From: Cladosporium halotolerans
Lineage: Eukaryota
Assembly: GCF_011745625.1 (NCBI RefSeq)
Contig: NW_027191503.1
Location: forward strand, 1-64,000
Length of the DNA: 64,000 bases
Reading direction: 5' to 3'
Shown here one piece after another: positions 44,810 to 55,228 of the stretch. A model generated the notes under the pieces. The model worked only from the letters and a program-made list of their open reading frames with translations, was not told where the DNA came from and ran no database searches. The translations under genes and the position numbers were made by a program. The stretch's first letter is position 1, and each line of letters begins with the position of its first letter.

Positions 44810-47800
44810 CTTGCAAGGTGGAGGAATAGGTAGAGAATGGTAGAGATTTCATACAGCTACAGCGGTCTGGAAATAATGTGCTGTTGACTTTCATGACAAA
44901 CGAACAGACTCTGCGATCACTAACTTCATAAATTGCTGGGCGCGGCAGGGCGGCCTTGCTACTTGCTCGTTGGGCCCGTGGGCGTCGCTGCTGGATCAGG
45001 GGGTCGGTTTGTGGTCGTGAGATGTCGTGATAAGCGCCCGCCGGCCGTTGAAGATGTCGATAGCATCGAGGCAGACTGTCGCGACAGGGACTTTGTCAAT
45101 GTTGTCGAGGATTGGTGGAGAGGTTGCAATTGGAAGACAAGTGAATGGCGAAGAATAGGGCATGAATTGGTGGTTTACAGCGCTTGGACGCGAACTTGGA
45201 GCTGCTGGCTTTCCATAGCAGATGTTGATTTCCATCTGGCATCATCCAGTTCGAGCGAGAAGATTGGTATGGCGCCCATCATTGCTCAACGTCCAGGTCA
45301 GGTCGGAAAGCGGTAAACTGCCACCGCAAGCAAGGCCAGAATTTTGCGAAGGAGGTCGCAGCGCCGCCAGCGATGATTTGTGCGCTCGTCATAGTGATTG
45401 GGGATAGGTTGCCAAGCGTAATGCTAGAACGACGTGTGATGGAAACTCCGGTATATAAGCGGCCGTGGTCGGGAAATTGGCATGTGAGAACGGGAGCACA
45501 ATTGCCTCTGTTCATGAGATTTCTCTCCAATCGTTCCGCTGAAGAGCAACCTTGAGCGGGTAATAGTTTTTCGTAAGGAGAATTTGCGTTTGAAAGGGAC
45601 AGGAATGGGATGGGGAATGAGTTCATAAAACCCAGCCGTCTCATATCAAGATGCAGACTCTTCCTTTCAAAGGTATGCAAGTACACACACAGCTGCACGT
45701 CTGACAACGCTGGAAGCCCGCTCGATCTTTCGTCTTTTTATGAGTCAGCATGTTCATAGCAAACAAGTGATGCAGCCAGTCGGATTGACCAATACCGAGA
45801 CATGCTCTGTGCATTCGTTTGAGAACAAGGCAAATCCGTATTGTCTACCTAGTGATTGACACACGCAGTTGGGGACTGAGCCCGTAGCACAGAGTCCATG
45901 CCTGACGCCAAGTCAAGTCGCTTTGCTATCGGAGCACGTGGCTAGCACGGCAAAGTCCATCTGCCTAGCACATGATATCGCTGGACTATAACCCCGCCAG
46001 CCATGCTTAGTGGTGATGCACACGTAAACCTACCTTTGTCACCTTCTAGCAAGCCCCGTCCGAATACGGATGCATTAGTGGATCAGACGCGTCGACAAGA
46101 GGAGCCGGCCCTCAGCGACACAGCCACGAAGGTCGACGCAGCGAACGTTGCGTTCAAGGAGACTTCACACTCGCCTCTGCCGTGCGATCCGATCGGCCTG
46201 TGGCAGGATAAGTCGGCATAGCAAGGTTAGACGACGCTTGCCCGAGAGCAAATCCCACGTGCTACCCCATAATAACGTGAGGGAAGTGACTGATGCGACG
46301 GCCACGCTTGATGTTTAGACGAGCGGTAGGGGTAGGCATGATTACTCGAACGACGCCGAGGAAGCCCACCGCTTCAATAGAATGTTAGCATGTGACAGTC
46401 AGCAACAAAAGCCCGGACCACGCCAATTTTTTGCCAAAGAAACCAAATGCAGCGATGCGAACTTGCTCATAAGGCGCTCCGCGGACCAAAATTTAGTTCT
46501 TGGAAGCAATCGATATCTGATATTAGTTCTCCCGGGAGGCTGTGCTCACTGCCATGCTTCAAGCGACGCACAATCCAAATCGGGCCGTCGCGGCGCAAGT
46601 GGATACGATACGAGCAAGGCTGACAGCAACCAAGAGGAGCAGATATCAGTCGCGTGGTGCTGAAACAGATGGCGTGCAGAAAAGATACTGAGTGGGGTTG
46701 CGGTGAAAGTGCAAGATCTGTAGGCGATGTCTCGATGCGCTGCCGAGCATCTCGCACAGCTGCACGGCGGCAATCAATTATAGTAGGCCAGGCAGTCGAG
46801 GAGTCTGTGCCCGGCGGTGTTTGTGTGATGAAGCGAGAAAGGCTGGAGCCCAGGAGGCGCGGGCCGCGGTGACAGGCAAGGGTGGGGATATATCAGGCAA
46901 CGCACTCCCTGCTCGCCGTGGCAGAGAAGCGTTCGCAAAGCCTCAGCAGGACTTCGCTCCGATCTGGGGATGTTTCGCATATATGTTGGCAGGGTCGGGT
47001 AGGCAGAGGGCTGACTCTCACGGTGCGGCCAGGCCTGAGGAGCAGGCCAGGGCAGCGCACGGGGCCGCAGTTTCTCGGCAGGAGATGCCGGGGAAGAGGT
47101 GGTGCGATGGGGCGTGAGGGCAAGCGGGTGCAAACAATATGTATCCAGCGAGTTGGAATGGGAAGGGCCGAGTAATGGCGTGCGTGGGATCTTCGGATCG
47201 CGACAATCTGCCAGCGCTCCCCTGGCCGGAGGCGCCACTACCGTTGATGGGTCGTCGTTAGCGGCCGGCCTCGCGGAGAGCAAATCTCACGGCGGCGGGT
47301 CGTCAGGGATGCAGCCGCTGGGCGGCTCTCAGCGATGAACAACCACACGCCCACACGCCCACACACCGGCGCTCGCCGTCGCGGTGGTGCCGCAGCATCT
47401 GCACGCGCTGTTAGCATGCGACAGGTGGCGCGATCATGGCGGTTGCCGTACGCGCCATAGGGCGTTCAATGGATGAAACAAAAGTCTCGCGGCGCCGCGC
47501 GACAAAGCGGATCAGTGGCTGAGAAGCGTCCGCACGGCCATGGCGCACAGACAGGCTGCGGCAAACTTGGCCCTCCTATACCTGCAACTCGCTTGCCCGC
47601 CGACCCATTTGCACCTCGCCTGGCCGTTGATGCGGATACGGCTGGCGCCGGCCGCTCGCGAAGGCCTTGCCGGTAGAGCCAGGCCCCAGCGCGAACTCTC
47701 TGTACATCTACTCCCGTGCCTCCCACGCCTCCCTGACGTACTGCAGTGACCATCACAACCTCCCCTCCTCCGCTCCACGCGCCGTCCGCCAGTTCCCTTC

Positions 47801-48373
47801 TGCTCCGCCCTCTCTTGACCCAGTGTTGGTCTGTGTGCTCAGACAAAATACTGATCCGCCACTCCTTACGCTGCCTCTGACGACTGCGACTCCTGGACCA
47901 CCGTCGCCCTGTCTCTTAGCATTGTCTGCACGCAAGCGCCTCTGGCCTTCCACTTTCTTTGAGCACCACCACGCACGCGAGTCAGGAATCATGCAACAAT
48001 GACCATTGTGCGCCGCAATCCCATTGTTCTTTGTCCTTGAGCCGCCCTGGGAGCCGGGAAGAACGCCATTGTCCACCGGCCTTTGACAGACAAAGCCATC
48101 GCGTCCAGGCACTACTTTGCTGCCCGCCTTCCCGCACACTGGTTCTGCTCCACGACACTCGTTTAGCGACTGCATATTTCGTCAATTGTGCCTGGAGCAC
48201 AATATTCACCAAGCCAACAGCTGCAAAGTCCCAGTTTTGCACGTTACACAGCACGACGCACTTCACACAACGCCCATTCACTCTTTGCTTGGCGATACTG
48301 CACTCGGAAATCCCTTGCGTTCCTACACTCTTTGTTCGAACCGTTTAGCGTCATCGACCTCGTGCCGGTCACG

Positions 48374-50449
48374 ATGAACCACTTCAATGAGCACATTCAC
48401 AACCACGCTGGTTTTGGAGCGGCGTCAAATAACCTCCATGCCAGGCATGTACACATGGCGCCCAGATCACCACACCCCGAACCAGTTCCTGGAGAGGGAC
48501 TCACCGACTTTGGAGATTTCATTAACGCTACCCTGGAGTCCACTGGATACTTCCACGGCCTGAACGGCGTTAACCAGGAACTCAACTACCTCCTCACCAA
48601 TGCCTTGGTTGTTTCATTCTTTGCCCTCCTGGGCTTGGTTCTTGGATACCGATGGCTACACATGAGCCATTCATATTTAAGGAAGCTCATGGCGATGGGG
48701 AGATTTGAGGATCAGAGATACTGGATGTACAACCACCACAAGAAATGGGCGAGCTTTAAGAAGCACGTGCTCTATGCACCGCTAGGAAAAGTGCGACACA
48801 ACCAGGAGTTCAAGATTCCTCTCATCACAAACGCAGAATCTGGCATGGGAACTCTCCCCTCGAGATTTCACACTGTTCTGCTTGTTGGCTACGTCTTCAG
48901 CAACTTTGCCTACTGCATGGCTCTGGACTGGTCCCACCTGGAGAGCTCGGCCGTCCTCGCTGAGCTTCGCGGTCGCACTGGCCAGCTGGCAGCCCTCAAC
49001 ATCATCCCAACAATACTGTTCGCACTCCGCAACAATCCCTTGATCTGGATCACCGGAGTGAGCTACGAGGCCTACAACCTGCTTCACAGATGGTGCGCGC
49101 GAATCATGATCCTGGAAGCCGTCCTTCACACCATTGCCTGGGCGGTTAACGTACACCGAGCCAATGGACCTGAGCAAATCGCACTTTCTCTCGCCACCAG
49201 CAAGAGTTACGCTTGGGGAATGGTCGGAACTGTGGTCTTCAGTTTCCTCTTCATGACGGCGCCTGCGCCAATTCGCCACGCTTTCTACGAGACGTTCCTC
49301 AACGCCCATCGCGTACTGGTTCTGATGGGCCTGATTGGTGTTTACATCCACATCGACGCCGCCAACCTCCCTCAAATGCCTTACATGCAGCTGACCTTCG
49401 CTCTTTGGGGCGCGGAATACTTCTGGAGATTGTACAGGATTTTCTACCACAACGTCAGCCGGAAAAAGGGTATCACCAAGGTTAAGGTCGAGGCCTTGCC
49501 AGGTGATGCATGCCGTGTGACGTTCGAGCTCCGGAGACCTTGGAAATACACACCAGGCTGCCACGTCCACGCATACCTCCCGACGATCGCTCTCTGGTCC
49601 AGCCATCCTTTCTCAGTAGCCTGGGCGGAAGGCCGCACAAGTCAACCAGCGCTTGAGATGGAGCTCGAGAAGCTTCCCTCCAACAACCCAAGCCAGATTC
49701 TCGGGGTCAACCGCCGACCTAGCCTCGTGCCACGCGCCTCGATCTACGGCAAGGACGGCGTCCTCAACACAATCAAAGAGAGCTCCATCGGCGCCGGCTC
49801 AAGTCAGCCCGGCACGAGCTCCAACGCCTGCATCCCCCGCGAAGCCGACATCACCTCCATCTCCCTCGTCATGCGAAAACGCAACGGCATGACGAAGAAG
49901 CTCTTCGACAAAGCCGACGCCCTCCCCTCAAAATCCTTCACAACCTGGGGCGCCATCGAAGGCCCCTACGGCGGGCACGAGACCTTCGCCTCCTACGGCA
50001 CCGTCATCCTCTTCGCTGGTGGTATTGGCATCACGCACTGCGTCGGCTACGTGCACCACCTCCTCCAACTCTACGCGCAGGGCACATGCGCGACGCAGAA
50101 GATCCTGCTCGTATGGTCCGTCACGAACACGGAGTCGCTCGAGTGGGTGCGCACGTGGATGGACCAGATCCTGCGCATGGAGCACCGCCGCGACGTGCTG
50201 CGCATCCAGTTGTACGTCACCAAGCCGCGCCACCGCGGCGAGGTCGTCTCCAACACGGGCTCCGTCCAGATGTTCCCCGGCCGCTGCAACCCGAGCACGG
50301 TAATGGCGAAGGAGATGCCGGAGCGCATCGGCGCCGTCGGCGTGACGGTCTGCGGGCCGGGCGCGTTCGCGGACGTCGTACGGAAGGCTGTGCGCGAGGT
50401 CATTGACGACGGCGCGGTCGATTTCATCGAGGAGGCTTTCACGTATTAG
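48374..50449 (+). CDS. Ferric/cupric reductase (FRE/NOX superfamily integral membrane reductase)
   Basis: RGRTGQLA, RNNPL, LLHRW..HT and HR..H heme His pairs, HPFS, IEGPYG, FAGGIGIT, VCGPG, EEAFTY*. His-rich N-terminus. Confidence 0.92.
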   Translation: MNHFNEHIHNHAGFGAASNNLHARHVHMAPRSPHPEPVPGEGLTDFGDFINATLESTGYFHGLNGVNQELNYLLTNALVVSFFALLGLVLGYRWLHMSHSYLRKLMAMGRFEDQRYWMYNHHKKWASFKKHVLYAPLGKVRHNQEFKIPLITNAESGMGTLPSRFHTVLLVGYVFSNFAYCMALDWSHLESSAVLAELRGRTGQLAALNIIPTILFALRNNPLIWITGVSYEAYNLLHRWCARIMILEAVLHTIAWAVNVHRANGPEQIALSLATSKSYAWGMVGTVVFSFLFMTAPAPIRHAFYETFLNAHRVLVLMGLIGVYIHIDAANLPQMPYMQLTFALWGAEYFWRLYRIFYHNVSRKKGITKVKVEALPGDACRVTFELRRPWKYTPGCHVHAYLPTIALWSSHPFSVAWAEGRTSQPALEMELEKLPSNNPSQILGVNRRPSLVPRASIYGKDGVLNTIKESSIGAGSSQPGTSSNACIPREADITSISLVMRKRNGMTKKLFDKADALPSKSFTTWGAIEGPYGGHETFASYGTVILFAGGIGITHCVGYVHHLLQLYAQGTCATQKILLVWSVTNTESLEWVRTWMDQILRMEHRRDVLRIQLYVTKPRHRGEVVSNTGSVQMFPGRCNPSTVMAKEMPERIGAVGVTVCGPGAFADVVRKAVREVIDDGAVDFIEEAFTY

Positions 50450-51215
50450 ACGCATTTGTCCTTGTTTTGTTTAGTTTTTCTGCCAGAGGTTACATTCCTG
50501 GCTGGGTTTGGGAACTCTTTTTTTTCGTCATCACCTTTCTTCGCTCCCGACCTTGTTCGAAAACCTAAGATCTTTCTTCCGCTTCTTCTCCTGTAATGCA
50601 TAGCGATTGCGCATTCCCTCCCGTTCTTTTAGAGGGAGTTCACAAAGAATCAAAACATATTCCGGACTTCAGCGTTACTTTCCCGCCGCTCTCAACTCTT
50701 CCAGCATGATGCTAATGGGACGGTCTTCTACCTCTCAACCTAACACGATAGAGAGCAGTGAAGGTGGGAAGGTTGGATAAAACATGTGGAGATTACATGC
50801 TTGCCGTGCTATAAGCAATTTAAGTGGCTTCATTTGCTGTATATACAATCTCATATACACATAAGCAAGGAATGGTGTTCTCGCAAGTGCCGCAGGTGAC
50901 GTCCGAACACGATCCCGAACAGCTGTTCCTGACCTCATGCGCCGAGAAGTCAAGCATTCCCCCCACCCCCCGCCCGTCGTTCGTCGCTGCATCGTCCCCC
51001 GCGTTGATCAAGATCGTCGCGCGAGCGTGGCGCAGCTTCCTCGCAATCCCTCAACGCGTGTCTGTCTCTCCCCCTCTCCCTTTATCTCAATCAGATAACC
51101 CCGATCTCGTACCTCGCCCATTATCCACATCACACCACATTGTTCCACACCATCGCAATCAGGCTTCCCCCTTCAATTTCCCCGTCCCAAGGAAACCTCG
51201 AAAATATCAAAAAGC

Positions 51216-52743
51216 ATGAACACCCCCGAACCAGACCTGCACACAGCCATCTCGCTCCGCCCGCGCCCCACCTTCTCCCACCGCCGCAGCAACAGCGACG
51301 CCGCCCCAGATGTCGAGCTGCAGTCCCTCCCCGGGTACACCGAGGCCAACGATCCGTATAGTCTGCGGCACGGGCTCAAGAACCCGGACGAGCTGGGCGC
51401 CCCTACGCGCGCCAACACGTCGCGCAAGCGCTGCTTGCCGGCCGGAGTCGAGCAGAATGCCAAGCAGCGGCAGCTGAAGGCTTTCTACGAGACGCAGAAT
51501 GAGAACATCGAGAGGCTGCTGAAGCCGGTCGATGACCATGTGCGCGAGGCGAAGGAGAAGATGGAGAGCGAGAGCTTGCAGTATAAGATCGCGGTGCAGG
51601 GGTCTTTTATCGTAGGTGTTATGCTCTGATGCCTCCTCGATTCGCCACAGCTATGCCTACCTACCTAGTAGCATGGGGCGAGGTAGTCAAGACTCTCTTC
51701 TGACTGATCGAGAGCGCAGGCCAATATCTGCCTCGCGATCCTGCAAGTCTACGGCGCTGTGGCGTCCGGCTCGCTGGCGCTGTTCACGACGATGGCGGAC
51801 TCGATCTTCGACCCGCTGAGCAACCTGACGCTCATCCTGTGCGCACGCGCCGTCAACCGCGTTGATCCCAGGCGGTTTCCTTCTGGAAAGGCGCGCATCG
51901 AGAACGCGGGCAACATCTCTTTCTGCTTCCTCATGATCGCCGTGTCGTTGATCCTAATCGTGATGTCGTGCAGGGAACTAGCTGAGGGCAATGGGGGCAA
52001 GTTGACGAATGATTTTCACGTGAGCCCCAAACCCATCCTACCCTATGCAGCCGTCGTCGTCTGAAAGATCTCGACCGCTGACCCAAAGTGCCTCGTAGCT
52101 CGCCTCAACAATCGTCGTTGGCATCGCCTTCACAACCAAACTCTGCCTCTTCCTCTACTGCTACGCGCTGCGCAACACGTACAGCCAGATCCGCATCCTG
52201 TGGGAGGACCACCGCAACGACCTGTTCATCAATGGGCCCGGTCTGGCCTGCGCCGTGCTCGGCGCCAAAGTGCGCTGGTGGATCGACCCTGTGGCCGCGC
52301 TGCTGCTGTCCGCGCTCATCATCGGACTCTGGCTGCGGACGGCCTACGCCGAGTTCCAGCTGCTCATCGGCGTGAGCGCTGACACGAGCATGCTGCAGCA
52401 CATCACGTATATCTGTAAGCCCTGGTCTCCGCCTTTGCCCTTACCTTCCCATCGATCGTCAACGCAAGACGAACACCCAAACTGACCCATCACTCCCAAA
52501 GCAATGACGCACTCCCCCCTAATCCAATCCCTCGACACCGTGCGCGCCTGGCACTCGGGCCCGCGCCTCATCGTCGAAGTCGACATCGTGCTGGACCAGA
52601 ACCAGACGGTCAAGGAGTCGCACGACTGCGCCGAGGCGCTGCAGATCAAGCTAGAGAGCCTGCCGGACGTCGAGCGCGCGTACGTCCACGTCGATTACGA
52701 GACAGACCATGCGCCGGAGCACTTTTGGAAGAAGCAGTTGTAG
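51216..52743 (+). CDS. Cation diffusion facilitator, Mn-CDF (MTP8/11-like) clade, 4 exons
   Basis: FYETQNENIERLLKPVDDH, SGSLALFTTMADSIFD (DxxxD), FPSGKARIE, WEDHRND, WWIDP, VEVDIV, LESLPDVERAYVHVDYE. Confidence 0.9.
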
Positions 52744-55228
52744 GATGGCAGGAAGAAGGGAGTGAAGAGGGATGAGAGGGAGAGGTATGTGGGATGTGGG
52801 TTCTGGTGGGGACGGGGCTCTGGTGGAGTCGGAGTTGGAGGATTGCGGTTCCAGCGACGGGCCCCCGGCCGTGATCGCTGTTGAACTCAATGTATGTTAT
52901 CTTACTCGTTTTGGGTGGTTGTTTCAAACTCCAGCAGCTAGCAGCTATCACTACACGACTTCGGACTTGATGGCCCCCAAATACAGCCACAGCTAAGATC
53001 ACGACGCGAGAACTCATCTGGATCAGCTATCTCATGACTGAAATGATGAAAAGAGCCTATGTCCATAATAAAGCAAATCCAGGAGGCACTTGCAGAGGAA
53101 CAAGCTCACAGAGAATGCAGAAGAATATATGAAAGACTTGGGAGCTATCAAAATTGACTGGGATCTGTTCAAAGCAGCTTCTTCGACACCATTTGCTGTA
53201 GCCTTGCTTGTGGCCAAGATCTGCCACCATGATTCCCAGAGCAATCTATGTGCGCATGACGAACAGCAACACAATTTGTGGCAAAGCTGTCAGCAAACAT
53301 TCAGCTCGCCCAACATGCAATGACTCCTAGAGTCACACTTACTAAGACAATCAACAAACGCCCACAAGAAGAATGAGCAATGTGTTGAAACCAAACCCCA
53401 TATGACCGAATCTGATCAGTTCCTTGAGAAAGTGTGGGATCCTCAGCAGGACTCAAGTCCTCCGTCTGGCGCCCCTAGACAGCCCCCAACGCCATGGGGG
53501 ATGCGAGCGCTGCCTCGGTCTCAAGGAAATGTCAGCAAGGAAACCGCATGAATAGCGAAAGAATGATCAGGAACAAGGAAGACTCACCGCCCCGCACTTC
53601 CCGCCGCCGAAGGTGCATCAAGGTCGTGCTCCCTGCGATATTGCTTCAGTACGTCCAGATAGCGCCTCGCTTCGGTGTGCTGCGAGGACAGTAGTTGGAT
53701 CTTGCGGTCCGCTCGATCGATTAAGCATGTTTTACAGGAGCATGGCCAGGGGGCAATGGTACGATCCATAGCCGAGTTGTATCGAGAGCGAGCGCGAGTC
53801 ATCGTTTTCCCCTTCCAAGCCGTGCAATTACATTTGTGCCGGATATCTTCGGTGATGAACTCGATGTTATCTAGCACTGGATCGAGAATGTTGCGGTGGG
53901 TATTAATTCCGACATGTCGACGTTCAAGTCGAGAGGCAATAGCTTGAACACAGGAGGGTCTGATGCAGTATCTTAACCTGGATCTGCAGTGATTCCTTCG
54001 GCACGCTGGCGTTGCATCCACGTTTTGAGCGCTCCGTGCCATGTTGGGTGGCAGCCAACGAGGTTTGGTGGGTAGTCGAGCGAGGCTGATGCCGACATGT
54101 TCAAGGCGCTTTTGTATTCTGATTACTACCCGCATTGTCTGTCACTGACATCCGGCGCGATGTCTTCGCGGATTCACTGTCCAGCTGTGTTGTTGGCCAG
54201 CAGGGAACATGTCTTGTTTCACCAAGTCCGCTGACGAGGACGCAACCACTGTGGGTTTGTGACCCCTTCTCCGCCAGGACCAAATGCGTAGGACTGACAA
54301 ACACATTGCCATCGATGTAGTACCACGAGCTACATTCAGTGGGAACTGTGTTGCATCGCGTCATCGTATACTCTTCTTCTCACGGTTTACCGAGCCATTT
54401 AACGGCGTAGAAAGCAGTGAATTTGCAGATGGAGGAAACCGTGAATTTAGCATGAGATATCCATGCCGCGATCAGATGACATGCATTCTCTTCTGTCGAC
54501 ATCGCGAACGCGGAAGCCATTACCACATGGTTGTTTCTTCATCTCGTCAAATTCATCAACAACGCTTGGCCTCGATGCTTCGTTCCTCGACCCATGTCTG
54601 CCAAAAGTGTAGTCACATTGTTACGCAAGGTTATCGGCAGCGGGAGCGGCAGCGGCCCGCTCGCGCCCTGACGTCGACCGACTTCGACCTTCCGGCTCGC
54701 GCACGCAAGCGCAAGCAACACCGTTCGCCGGCGCAAGCATGTGATTTGGCTCCCACCACCCACCCAGTCGCACTACAAAGAGCGCCTGGATACTTCCTGC
54801 ATATTGCGTGTCGCCCACGCTCAATCAATGCTGCATACACGTATCCGCCTCTCGCCCTGCGTTTTGCGAAGACGTGGGGCTGTCGGCGTTCGCGATCATC
54901 CAGCCGCGACTACGCGCTCGCTATCGTGATATCCCATCGCATTCACTCCAAGCTTCGTGCTCGAAGAGGTATGGCCACCTCACGTGCGCGAACTTTAATG
55001 TGCGCTCTTACTGACGGCCAAATGGAGTTACAGTCTCGAGCGCATTGTCTTAACTCCTCCATTCATTCACCCGCCCAACTGCAACCTGCCCACTGCTCGA
55101 CCGGCGCATTGTCATACTTGCATCGCATCCAATCAAGGCTCGCAGATTCGTCTGCTTAAACACCATCGTCGACTTTACTATCTATCCGTTTCCGATACAT
55201 CAACAAGACACGACTGCGCGCACACTGT

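Noticed and set aside
22732..52743. A single metal-homeostasis supercluster (Ctr, Pra1, FRE, CDF)
   Set aside because: The genes are spread over 30 kb and separated by unrelated housekeeping genes, so they are treated as separate observations.
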